This document shows positions 38,027 to 46,691 of a stretch of 64,000 bases of DNA, in pieces. The stretch is from a phage, in assembly GCA_025812035.1 (NCBI GenBank), contig GCA_025812035.1_4719.1; one strand, 5' to 3'. Within the stretch, counting starts at the first letter, position 1, and the number at the start of each line of letters is the position of its first letter. Below the pieces are notes generated by a model. It was not told where the DNA came from, did no database searches, and saw nothing but the letters and a program-made list of their open reading frames with translations. A program made the position numbers and the translations under genes.

Positions 38027-38668
38027 TTAGATGTACTGCTTACCGCCCACGAAGGAAGTCAGCCAGTTCCCTGAAACAAGCTGCGATACCCAACCGGGTA
38101 CCGCTCTACCATTCTGGCTCATGATGTTACCACACCAACCAGGGAATCCGGGACGGATATAATAGAAAGTTAAATTGTAGAGATGGCAATTCCACACCGC
38201 AACGTTATGTTTACCAGAAACCGCTTTAAAGACAAACGCAACGGGTAAAGGCGACGATAGCAATTCGGTCACAGGGACGGCTGACCAATTCGCATTCGCG
38301 TTCCACGGTTGCCAGGTATGGCTACGCGAGTCGCAAAATACGTTACCGTTGTTACCGCGCCCACCCGCATTCCACCACAGCGACGGACTCATGTTCTTAA
38401 GTGAGGTAAATTGCTGCGGTGGAATATTAGGAATAATAACAGGGTTGGTACCTTGCCCATGTTTCTTTTCTTTTGCGTTCACATACCCGCTTATCGATTC
38501 GAGGTATTTGACACCAGGATAATTGTTCTGGACTTGTGTCGCAATATCACGAACATCAAACGTCCAGCAGATCATGGTGTTGTAGTAAGCATCGGTGTTG
38601 TCGTACCATGCGTTACCATCTTGTAAACGTGCGCCACTATTCGGTGTTTTATCTGTGTTTATAGCCAT
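38027..38668 (-). CDS. Hypothetical protein, 213 aa, conserved-C-terminus pair member A
   Basis: C-terminal ~40 aa (FYYIRPGFPGWCGNIMSQNGRAVPGWVSQLVSGNWLTSFVGGKQYI) nearly identical to the 38780 protein; N-terminus divergent. Confidence 0.55.
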   Translation of the reverse strand: MAINTDKTPNSGARLQDGNAWYDNTDAYYNTMICWTFDVRDIATQVQNNYPGVKYLESISGYVNAKEKKHGQGTNPVIIPNIPPQQFTSLKNMSPSLWWNAGGRGNNGNVFCDSRSHTWQPWNANANWSAVPVTELLSSPLPVAFVFKAVSGKHNVAVWNCHLYNLTFYYIRPGFPGWCGNIMSQNGRAVPGWVSQLVSGNWLTSFVGGKQYI

Positions 38669-38770
38669 GGTATTGTCCTATACGTTGACGGTTGAGATGT
38701 CGGATGCCGGATGTGTGTTGTCATCCGGTGGTACGTACAGAAACACCCACAGATAAAACAGTAGCTTCTC

Positions 38771-38793
38771 TAACTTCAATTAAATTGAAGTTA
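38771..38793. promoter_or_regulatory. 23-bp palindrome TAACTTCAATT-A-AATTGAAGTTA overlapping a stop codon
   Basis: Perfect 11-bp inverted arms at the 3' end of the 38780 gene, adjacent to a second hairpin (CCGGATG...CATCCGG). Confidence 0.35.
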
Positions 38794-39496
38794 GATATTG
38801 TTTACCTCCAACAAACGACGTTAACCAATTACCTGAAACAAGTTGCGATGCCCAGCCAGGCACTGCCCTACCGTTCTGGCTCATCACGTTACCTGCCCAT
38901 CCCGGAAAACCCGGCCGGAAAATATATACTTGAATATGTGTTAAAGCGTTATCATTACCACCGCCAACAGCAACGTTACGACTCCCAGATGACGGGAAAT
39001 ATTCTTTTAAGAACAGAGGATCGGTTGCTAATAAAGATGCGGGCCAAGGGTTCGCGGATGCATCAACATCGAATTCGGTCCATCGCCATTTACGTCCCGT
39101 GTCGAACCATGTCGATGTACCGCCTCCACGCACTGCAAGATTGCGTGCGTCGCGGGCATTGTAAATTGATTCGATGTTACGCCACCCACCTTTTGCGGCG
39201 TTTGCCGCATAGCAAATCGCATTACCACCATTCTTCTTTTCGTAAACAGTTCGTTTGATATGAACACGATCGATGAACGCTTCACCGTATTTGTTGACGA
39301 GCGTTTGTGCGATATCACGAAGATCGTGCATGTGAAAAGCGATGTCTTCGTTATGGAACCATGTTGTCGGGTTCCAGACGGTACCGTTTGGTTCGGCACA
39401 CATCGATCGGATATTGTTGCGTTGATTAACCGCGATAAAACCCATTGTATACCTCGTTCCTATTCTCAAAAAGGAAATTTCATACGATGACGCCAT
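38780..39496 (-). CDS. Hypothetical protein, ~238 aa, conserved-C-terminus pair member B
   Basis: ORF track 38780..39532 begins inside the hairpin; ATG (MASSYEISF) follows AAGGAGG that forms the hairpin 3' arm. Confidence 0.55.
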   Translation of the reverse strand: MASSYEISFLRIGTRYTMGFIAVNQRNNIRSMCAEPNGTVWNPTTWFHNEDIAFHMHDLRDIAQTLVNKYGEAFIDRVHIKRTVYEKKNGGNAICYAANAAKGGWRNIESIYNARDARNLAVRGGGTSTWFDTGRKWRWTEFDVDASANPWPASLLATDPLFLKEYFPSSGSRNVAVGGGNDNALTHIQVYIFRPGFPGWAGNVMSQNGRAVPGWASQLVSGNWLTSFVGGKQYLTSI

Positions 39497-39500
39497 AGCA

Positions 39501-39530
39501 GCTCCTCCTTCCCTTACGGGTTGGAGGAGC
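39501..39530 (-). terminator. GNRA-loop hairpin, family copy 5, inverted orientation; 3' arm carries the SD of the next gene
   Basis: Plus strand GCTCCTCC-TTCCC-TTAC-GGGTT-GGAGGAGC is the reverse complement of the other copies; 3' of the lipoprotein gene; minus-strand AAGGAGG lies 7 nt before the ATG at ~39496. Confidence 0.6.
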
Positions 39531-39538
39531 ATACTTAA

Positions 39539-40045
39539 TTACTCGCTGATAACCTCAACGGAATTGGGATCAGCGATCATCGCACGGTCAGTAGAACAAT
39601 TGAAGAAGACCATGCCGACACCATCGCCGTTCGAGTTCAGGGTTGAACTTACGTAAGACAGGGTTGGTTTATTCATGCGGTAGAAGCGTTCGCTGGTAGC
39701 GGTATTGAACCCCAGATCAACGTAGTCTTTCACCGTGGTATACAGCTGCGTGGATTCGAAGACGGTTACCGGAGAGTCAACGGTAAATTGACTACCTTCA
39801 TCCACAACCAGAACCTTATCGTTCCAGATTTCAGTGGTTGAAAACTTCGGTTTCCAATGTTCGAATTCCTGGGTTGCACCCCAGCAAGAATACACAGCAA
39901 GATTGCTGTTCTTCTCAACAGGTTTCAAACCCACCAGTTGTGTCAGGTCTTTATCCAGGTTCGGTAAGCCTTCCAGCGTAGCACACCCGCCCAGAGAAAG
40001 CACCATCAACATACCAAGAACGATCGCGCAAAGTTTCTTCATCAT
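39539..40045 (-). CDS. Putative lipoprotein, 168 aa (candidate superinfection-exclusion factor)
   Basis: Signal peptide with lipobox MLMVLSLGGC; immediately downstream of the fibre and Tfa genes. Confidence 0.65.
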   Translation of the reverse strand: MMKKLCAIVLGMLMVLSLGGCATLEGLPNLDKDLTQLVGLKPVEKNSNLAVYSCWGATQEFEHWKPKFSTTEIWNDKVLVVDEGSQFTVDSPVTVFESTQLYTTVKDYVDLGFNTATSERFYRMNKPTLSYVSSTLNSNGDGVGMVFFNCSTDRAMIADPNSVEVISE

Positions 40046-40086
40046 CGGATTTCCTTATATGTTAACGGAAGTGATTTCCATAGTAA

Positions 40087-40503
40087 TTACATAGCAGCAG
40101 GAAATTCCGGCCAATCGATATTTGGTGCAGCATCGGTATCGACAGCCGTCACGGCATCGATGTAATCCAAAACAGCATTAAGTTGAGTCGTTTCTTCCGG
40201 AGTCAGTTTTCGCCCAGCCCGTAATTTTAACTGAATAAGATCGATGGAAGCCAGCGCTGAATCAATCTTTGATTGTTTTATCTGTTCTGCCTCGGCGACG
40301 AGATCTTCGTGCTGCCGCTCGGGTTCAGGAGGCGCGATAAACTCGCCATCCGAGTATAACCAACCTATTCCAGGTGACACAGTTACCGCATCGCTAATAC
40401 TAACCAACTGTTGATTGTCGGATATATTGAGCTCTGCCTCACCATCGTAAACGATCGTGTTTACTACTACCCCATTTTCAATAACAGCGTATGATGTACT
40501 CAT
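40087..40503 (-). CDS. Tail fibre assembly chaperone (Tfa / P2 gpG-like), ~138 aa
   Basis: ORF track 40087..40527; start at MSTSYAVIENG overlapping the fibre stop (TAATG). C-terminal LTPEETTQLNAVLDYIDAVTAVD...NIDWPEFP is the Tfa signature. Confidence 0.8.
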   Translation of the reverse strand: MSTSYAVIENGVVVNTIVYDGEAELNISDNQQLVSISDAVTVSPGIGWLYSDGEFIAPPEPERQHEDLVAEAEQIKQSKIDSALASIDLIQLKLRAGRKLTPEETTQLNAVLDYIDAVTAVDTDAAPNIDWPEFPAAM

Positions 40504-43500
40504 TACATAAACTCCTCGATGATGCAAATCCCATTAGCACCACGCCCACCAGGCTTAGCGCTTCCTGAGAAAGAGTTGTCGTAAGCACCACCACCACCCG
40601 AACCAGGCGCGAGGCCGTTGTGGGCGGTGCCAACACCGGCGCGACCGCCACCGCCCCAATATGACGCACCCCCACACCCACCGACAGTAATAGTACCGGC
40701 TTGTCCGTCGCCACCGTCTCCGCCCGGAATGCGTATATCCCCGGTATTAGGTACGCCCCCATAGCCACCACCAGTGTTTGTGATAGTTGTTTTTCCTGCG
40801 CCTTGCCCGCCGGGAGCGGTTAGCAGGGATGCAAATTTACTATCCCCACCCCCGTTTCCAGATGTTGCTCCAGAGCCGCCGGAACCACCAGAACCAATTA
40901 CAACAGAATAACTAGTAGCTGATATCGTTATAACCGAAATTACTGTTCCACCGGCCCCACCGCCAGCACCAAAAAACGTTTCACCGTTGGAAAAAGCCTG
41001 GCAACCACCGCCACCGCCTCCACCACCGGTTATTGTTACTCTAATCCGTTTTGTTCCTTGTGTTGGGGTGTACGTCCCTGACGATGTGAAAACACGCATG
41101 TTCAGTAAACGTCCGACATATCCGCTAGAATCGGCTAAACCAAGATCTTTAGCTGCTAACGTGATATTAGCTGTACCGTCAAACGGTTTACCGTTAATCG
41201 TGCGCGCAGTCTGCAACTTCGTCGCCGTTGCTGCGTTTCCTGATGTATTCTGGTTTCCCGCGGCGTTAACACCCGGCAGATTGATGTTCGCACTACCGTC
41301 GAAAGACACCCCACCAATGGTGCGAGCTGTTTTCAGTTTTGTCGCCGTGGCAGCATTACCGGTCGTGTCTTGGTTACCGGTGGTGTTTACCCCAGGCAGG
41401 TTGATATTTGCCGTTCCGTTAAATGAAACACCACCAATCGTCCTTGCCGTTTGCAACTTCGTTGCGGATGCCGCATTCCCCGTGGTGTTTTGGTTACCCG
41501 TTGCATTCACGCCCGGGATACTATCCTTAGATGTGTAGATCTGTGCCCATTCCGACCAGTTCGAATCGGTTGCATCACGACGTGAACGTAGGTAAGCTGG
41601 AGCGTGTGCGCCCGCGGTACCTGACCACCCAATAAAGATCTCGCCTTCACCGACCGATGAAGCGCCTTTAAGATGAATGACGTTACCATAAGCGGTAGGA
41701 TATCCGTTATTGTACGCTTCATACATCTGGATGCCCGCATTGCTGCCCTGAGCTGTGTTAGCTAAAGCCGTAACACGACCTTTGGAGGCGAGAGCGGTAA
41801 TACTGAAGCTAATGTCCTTAGTACCGTCAAAGGCGACCCCATTAATCTTCCGTGCTGTTTGGAGTTTCGTGGCAGTAGCCGCATTACCAGAGGTACTCTG
41901 ATTACCTGCTTTGTTCACGCCTGGTAAATCAATGTTGGCTGTTCCATCAAAGGACACGCCCCCTATGGTTCTCGCCGTCTGAAGTTTTGTTGCTGAGCCA
42001 GCGTTTCCGGAAGTGCTTTGATTACCTGCCGCGTTGACACCCGGTAGGTTAATGCTAGCAGAACCATCAAAAGAAACTCCACCTATCGTGATCGGTGTTT
42101 TCAATTTCGTGGCTGTCGCGGCGTTACCCGTCGTATTCTGATTACCGGCTGCATTGACGCCAGGTAATGCGATATCGGCCGTACCGTCGAACGCGACACC
42201 ACCGATTTTACGGGCGGTTTGTAGCTTGGTCGCTGTAGCCGCGTTACCGCTGGTATTTTGCGTGCCCGCTTTATTTACACCGGGAAGATCGATGTTGGCA
42301 GAACCATCGAATCTGACGCCACCTATCGTTCTTGCAGTAGCAAGTTTAGCTGCTGTGGCTGCATTATTGCCCACTTTTAGCCAATCATCCCATGGACCAT
42401 CCTGGCCGTTCCACGACGCCGTTAAACCACGTACGTAAATATTGCCTGTACGTACAGTGTACCGTTGCATCCCACCGAATTGTCCGGCTGGGAGTACTTC
42501 AAGGTAACCTGCGGCATTTGCTTCAGGGAAATTGTGGGCGGCGTCCGCGTTCGTCGCTATTGGTTTAGACCAAATACCCACAGACGCTTCAACCGGACCG
42601 TAGGTATTCAGATTTGCGTCAGCAGGGAGTGGTCCTCGGAAACGCAGTAATTGTATTGGCGTTAACCCCAACGTTCTTTGCATTCCCTCGACACTCGATT
42701 GCGATAAAAGTGCCCGAGCTGTCGACGTGATGGTCGCTAAAGCAACCTTGTCGACTCCAGTGAAATAAGGGAATTTGTTCGCTGATGTCGCTAAACCTGA
42801 AAAGGCGGTCAGTAATGCATTAAGGGGTTGCTTCCCAGCTAACGCTTTCGTTACTGTCGTTGAGAAATTAGGATCACTTCCTATAGCTCGAGCCAGCTTA
42901 TTAAGCGTATTTAGCGCATCTGGAGACGAGTCAATCAACGACGTGATCGCACGCATCACAAATTCCGTGTTGGCAATCTGTCGACTGCTATTGTTAATTG
43001 CTGCGGTGGGTGTTGTTGGAGTACCGGTGAATACAGGACTATTAAGATCCGCCTTGAGAGCAATGAGGCGTTTAAGTGCTTCGACATCGACTTTCAGGTT
43101 TTCCCACCCGATGAGAGAACCGTCTCCGTTGGTATGATAACGGTTATACCAGAAGTCGCCGTTAACACCCCAAAAGAATATACCTTTCTCTTCGTTTTGC
43201 GGGCCGGAACTATTTCGCGATGAGCCGATATATTTGATTTCAATAAGACCCTCAAACACGACTCCCGGGATTATTTTGTTGTCTCCAGCTGACTGTACTA
43301 CTTGATAAACTCCAGGCGTTGCTGCTCTAACCCATGTTAAGAATTCCGTTATTCCAGCGGTGCCACTGAAACGCTTAACGTCGGTAAGTATCGCCCCATA
43401 ACCGAACATACCCGGTAACGCAACTCGTCCGCCGGTACGGTCACGAATATTTGAGGCAACGACGGGCAGCTTTTTACGAACGCTGTTAACCGCCTTAGGT

Positions 43501-44021
43501 GTGGCTGCTTTTGTCTCGTCATCGCTATCGATGGCGTTGCTCAGGATGGTCAGTCCTCGCTTATCTATGGTTGCGTCGGGAAGAAACGCGTTATCCAACA
43601 CTTTAAGCTGTACAGCGCTCGTGTTACTAACAACGAGATACATCTGGCAGTTAAGAACGCTGCTTGCGCCTTCAGTAGGAACAGGCTTGTATCTTTCCGG
43701 TGCGCTGCAGACAGCGACCAGAACACCTCGATCGTCATACAAGCCGATTTCGCGTACCCAGAATCCACCTTGGTTTACAGGAATAATACCCTCAACAATA
43801 ATCCTGGTTGTGTCGTCTGCGTCAACGCGGATGTTAGAAACTTCCCCGCGATAAACTTCGTGTACAAGGGCTGTTTGACTAGCATCGGGAGTTGGTGTAG
43901 AGCCGTTACCGTCACCAACGGCAAAATGTGTAATTTTTAGTTTCTCGCCGTCCGGAAGTAGTGCGGCGGCGATACGTTCAGTACCTTTATCGGTAATGAC
44001 CGTTCTATATGTTGTACTCAT
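40503..44021 (-). CDS. Long tail fibre protein, 1172 aa (P2 gpH / lambda Stf-like N-terminus, fibre repeats, Gly-rich C-terminal tip)
   Basis: N-terminus MSTTYRTVITDKG...HFAVGDGNG...GGFWVREIGLYDD...ETKAATPKAVNSV is P2 gpH-like; ~8 copies of a ~40-aa repeat (TARTIGGVSFDGSANINLPGVNAAGNQNTSGNAATATKLQ); C-terminal ~165 aa Gly-rich. Confidence 0.85.
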   Translation of the reverse strand: MSTTYRTVITDKGTERIAAALLPDGEKLKITHFAVGDGNGSTPTPDASQTALVHEVYRGEVSNIRVDADDTTRIIVEGIIPVNQGGFWVREIGLYDDRGVLVAVCSAPERYKPVPTEGASSVLNCQMYLVVSNTSAVQLKVLDNAFLPDATIDKRGLTILSNAIDSDDETKAATPKAVNSVRKKLPVVASNIRDRTGGRVALPGMFGYGAILTDVKRFSGTAGITEFLTWVRAATPGVYQVVQSAGDNKIIPGVVFEGLIEIKYIGSSRNSSGPQNEEKGIFFWGVNGDFWYNRYHTNGDGSLIGWENLKVDVEALKRLIALKADLNSPVFTGTPTTPTAAINNSSRQIANTEFVMRAITSLIDSSPDALNTLNKLARAIGSDPNFSTTVTKALAGKQPLNALLTAFSGLATSANKFPYFTGVDKVALATITSTARALLSQSSVEGMQRTLGLTPIQLLRFRGPLPADANLNTYGPVEASVGIWSKPIATNADAAHNFPEANAAGYLEVLPAGQFGGMQRYTVRTGNIYVRGLTASWNGQDGPWDDWLKVGNNAATAAKLATARTIGGVRFDGSANIDLPGVNKAGTQNTSGNAATATKLQTARKIGGVAFDGTADIALPGVNAAGNQNTTGNAATATKLKTPITIGGVSFDGSASINLPGVNAAGNQSTSGNAGSATKLQTARTIGGVSFDGTANIDLPGVNKAGNQSTSGNAATATKLQTARKINGVAFDGTKDISFSITALASKGRVTALANTAQGSNAGIQMYEAYNNGYPTAYGNVIHLKGASSVGEGEIFIGWSGTAGAHAPAYLRSRRDATDSNWSEWAQIYTSKDSIPGVNATGNQNTTGNAASATKLQTARTIGGVSFNGTANINLPGVNTTGNQDTTGNAATATKLKTARTIGGVSFDGSANINLPGVNAAGNQNTSGNAATATKLQTARTINGKPFDGTANITLAAKDLGLADSSGYVGRLLNMRVFTSSGTYTPTQGTKRIRVTITGGGGGGGGCQAFSNGETFFGAGGGAGGTVISVITISATSYSVVIGSGGSGGSGATSGNGGGDSKFASLLTAPGGQGAGKTTITNTGGGYGGVPNTGDIRIPGGDGGDGQAGTITVGGCGGASYWGGGGRAGVGTAHNGLAPGSGGGGAYDNSFSGSAKPGGRGANGICIIEEFM
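41140..41525 (-). repeat. Tandem ~117-bp coding repeats inside the tail fibre gene, block 2
   Basis: About three copies encoding the ~40-aa fibre repeat; near-identical DNA between copies. Confidence 0.7.
41795..42360 (-). repeat. Tandem ~117-bp coding repeats inside the tail fibre gene, block 1
   Basis: About 4.5 copies encoding TARTIGGVSFDG...NAATATKLQ-type repeats. Confidence 0.7.
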
Positions 44022-44027
44022 GGCGTT

Positions 44028-44555
44028 TTATCCCGGGTAAATAGTGATGGTGTCACCAACGAGGGTTGTGGCACCAGAGTAAAGATACGCTGGTGATGCT
44101 TCACGTTGGTTAGTCACGGTAAGATTCATTTGCCCACGCCAAACCATGGAGGTATTCGCGATGGGAATCAAGATCTTCTTGGAAGTATCGTCACGAAAAT
44201 TAATGGTGGTAGCAAGGGTAGCTGAATCAAAATCAACGTCAGGTTCAAAGATGAACCCGTATTGATCTGAAATAGCTTGAATGACCGCTCTTATAGTTGT
44301 TGTTTCAACCGACTCCAAAACGATTTTTATCGGTATTCCTAGAAACGCTTTCGCGATATCACGTCGTGTGTAAGTAATAAAACTCTCACCACACCACCTT
44401 GTTCCTTCATTTGCTGTGACGATCACTTTTGCCCTGTTAGCACCAGAACTCCCATCCAGGGTTAAAGTGAGATCGGAGTTACTGAATACGCTACTGTTAC
44501 GTTGGTTTATCAACGCAATCAGTTCGTCCTTCCACGGCGGGTAAAGTGAACGCAT
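44028..44555 (-). CDS. Short protein with the shared fibre N-terminal anchor domain, ~176 aa
   Basis: ORF track 44028..44576; start at MRSLYPPWKDE after GGAGGAGGG. YTRRDIAKAFLGIPIKIVLE...QYGFIFEPDVDF matches the N-termini of the 870-aa and LRR proteins. Confidence 0.55.
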   Translation of the reverse strand: MRSLYPPWKDELIALINQRNSSVFSNSDLTLTLDGSSGANRAKVIVTANEGTRWCGESFITYTRRDIAKAFLGIPIKIVLESVETTTIRAVIQAISDQYGFIFEPDVDFDSATLATTINFRDDTSKKILIPIANTSMVWRGQMNLTVTNQREASPAYLYSGATTLVGDTITIYPG

Positions 44556-44667
44556 AAGCGCACCCTCCTCCAACAATCAATTAAAATGCAAAACACCTCG
44601 AAACCAGAGTGCGATTCGAAGCAAGCGTAAACGGCCTGAACGACCGCATAAAATTCCGCGCATATTA

Positions 44668-44701
44668 CCCCCTCTACCCCGACAAAGCGAGGTAGAGGGA
44701 G
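44668..44701 (-). terminator. C-rich/G-rich hairpin
   Basis: CCCTCTACC-(12-nt loop)-GGTAGAGGG, 3' of the LRR fibre gene ending 44712. Confidence 0.5.
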
Positions 44702-44711
44702 AATAATACGA

Positions 44712-46466
44712 TTATGCTGCTACGTATCCAGGCCAACGTTCTCTTGGCCAGTTTGTTGCACCCTGTCCGACGGTGTCTTTACCAGAAATGACGTTACTTA
44801 CATCCCATCCACTCAGATCCTGATTGAATGCGGTGTTCTCGCGCATCATGAGATCGATCTTACGTAGTGAGTGGGTATTCCAACCAGATATGTCTTGGTT
44901 GAATGCTTTATTGTAGGCAAACATGTTAGACACGTTCTGTAATTTTGACGTGTTCCAACCACTGATGTCGCTATTGAACGACGTGCTTGAGAACATGCTG
45001 CTCGCATCAACAAGATTGTCGGTTTTCCAATTAACCACTTTATCGCCGTCAAATGCATTGCTGCTGCTGAACATAAAACTCATATTGCTAGCTTTGGACA
45101 CATCCCATTTATCTAACCCTTTACCGACGAACTCATTACATGCCGAGAACATCCAGCTCATATCGGTAACCCGACTCACGTTCCATTTGCTGAAGTCAAG
45201 GTTAAGTTTCTGACACCCTAAGAAGGTCTTATACATGTTGGTGATGCGACTAACATCCCACTCTTGGATGTTAGGGTCGTTAAGCGTCGTTAAGTAGTTG
45301 AACAATGTCGCTAACGACGTCCATTTCTCTGGAATCCGGTTTGGTACCGTACGAAGCGATGCAAGGTTGTTGGTTGACGGAGAGCAGAACATACCGTTAT
45401 CCCAATTTACGATTTCCGTAATTTTGGACCCTTTGATCGTCTGAGTGGTATTACCATCTTTCACTATACCCGTAGCAACGATGGTATATTCACCGGTGCC
45501 TGCATAATCGTGGGCGTAGGCACCGTTACTTGAGGTCTCCGTTACTTTATTCCCATCACCCCAATCGATATTAACTTTATCCCACCCACTTAGGTTGAAC
45601 TGTACTTTGCCTCCGGTAGCTTTTAGGATGTATTTACCTCCATTGTCGGTAAAATAGCAGACAACCATTGAACCGTACAGATTACCTATCCGCCAATCAT
45701 CCTTTTCTGTCACTGCGATTTGCGCTAAGCCACGCTGTACGAAGAGTACTGTGCGGTTCTCGTCAGTCTGTAATGTGGCTAATGCTTGGGCCTTATCGTC
45801 CTCGCTAATTTCATTAGCGCTCACTAAAACGCTTAACATTCTTTCGAAGTATTCGATGGGTAATTGACGTCCTACAGACTTATCAACCGACGGTTCAGCA
45901 AGATCGCCCAACGCTGCAGTGGTGGCCAGCATCAACGAACCCTTGGTCATATCTGTTTCTTGTAGGTAGTGCAGTCCTGTAATCTGGTACGCTTGAATAA
46001 TCGTAATCAGGTTCAGCGTATCGTTAACGACCTGTACTTGTAAATGTCCAGACCATACGTAGCTGCTTTCGGCAATTGGTAGTTCGACCGACTGGATACC
46101 TGATGTTTCAAAGGTGATCTTCTTGTTAAGATCGGTTTCCAGGAAATCAACAGCGAGGTCAAAATTTATACCGTACTTCTCAGCGATAGAATCCACGATG
46201 TTTCTGAAAGCAACGTCATTATTTACGATGAAACGTAATGGGATTCCTGCAAACGCTCTAGCAATGTCTCGACGAACATACGTGAGCGACTGCTCGAAGA
46301 AATAGGGGCTACCATCTCGCGGTTTAATGGTCACCTGACATACTTCGGGATATTCAGCTGGGATTAACGACACGAATTCAACATCGGATTCTTTCAATGA
46401 AAGCATATTCTTCCGGTTTACTAATGCCAGAAGATCGGCTTTCCAACCAGGATAAACTGTAGACAT
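44712..46466 (-). CDS. Putative receptor-binding protein with BspA/DUF285-type leucine-rich repeats, ~585 aa
   Basis: ORF track 44712..46550; start at MSTVYPGWKAD after GGAG. Shared N-terminal anchor; C-terminal repeats WNVSRVTDMSWMFSAC, WDVSKASNMSFMFSSS, WNTSKLQNVSNMFAYN, WDVSNV. Confidence 0.65.
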   Translation of the reverse strand: MSTVYPGWKADLLALVNRKNMLSLKESDVEFVSLIPAEYPEVCQVTIKPRDGSPYFFEQSLTYVRRDIARAFAGIPLRFIVNNDVAFRNIVDSIAEKYGINFDLAVDFLETDLNKKITFETSGIQSVELPIAESSYVWSGHLQVQVVNDTLNLITIIQAYQITGLHYLQETDMTKGSLMLATTAALGDLAEPSVDKSVGRQLPIEYFERMLSVLVSANEISEDDKAQALATLQTDENRTVLFVQRGLAQIAVTEKDDWRIGNLYGSMVVCYFTDNGGKYILKATGGKVQFNLSGWDKVNIDWGDGNKVTETSSNGAYAHDYAGTGEYTIVATGIVKDGNTTQTIKGSKITEIVNWDNGMFCSPSTNNLASLRTVPNRIPEKWTSLATLFNYLTTLNDPNIQEWDVSRITNMYKTFLGCQKLNLDFSKWNVSRVTDMSWMFSACNEFVGKGLDKWDVSKASNMSFMFSSSNAFDGDKVVNWKTDNLVDASSMFSSTSFNSDISGWNTSKLQNVSNMFAYNKAFNQDISGWNTHSLRKIDLMMRENTAFNQDLSGWDVSNVISGKDTVGQGATNWPRERWPGYVAA

Positions 46467-46620
46467 AAGCACTCCAATCATGGGGCGGTAACCGCACCCA
46501 ACGGTTAAATTGTCGATTATGGTCGTTGCTGATAAGACGACCATAACCAACGATGTTTAATATGTAGTATATTGATATCATGACGTTATGGGGATCTAAG
46601 TCATACCATGGAGACGGCGA

Positions 46621-46671
46621 AAAAAAAAAGAAAATAGGAAAACGGTGTTCATCCTTTTAGGGATGAACACC
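46621..46671 (-). terminator. Rho-independent terminator (hairpin plus U-tract)
   Basis: Minus-strand GGTGTTCATCC-loop-GGATGAACACC followed by T-rich run (plus-strand A-run 46621-46640); 3' of the gene ending 46692. Confidence 0.7.
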
Positions 46672-46691
46672 GCGTACCATTTGTAAGACGA

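Noticed and set aside
40987-41538. Pro-rich plus-strand ORF (PPPPPPPP...) and other antisense ORFs within the tail fibre gene
   Set aside because: They are the reverse-complement reading of the Gly-rich and repeat-coding regions of the minus-strand fibre gene; composition is an artefact of GGN codons on the other strand.
40503-42360. Fibre repeats considered as a non-coding repeat array or CRISPR-like structure
   Set aside because: The repeats are in frame within one long ORF and encode a recognisable ~40-aa fibre repeat; there are no unique spacers.
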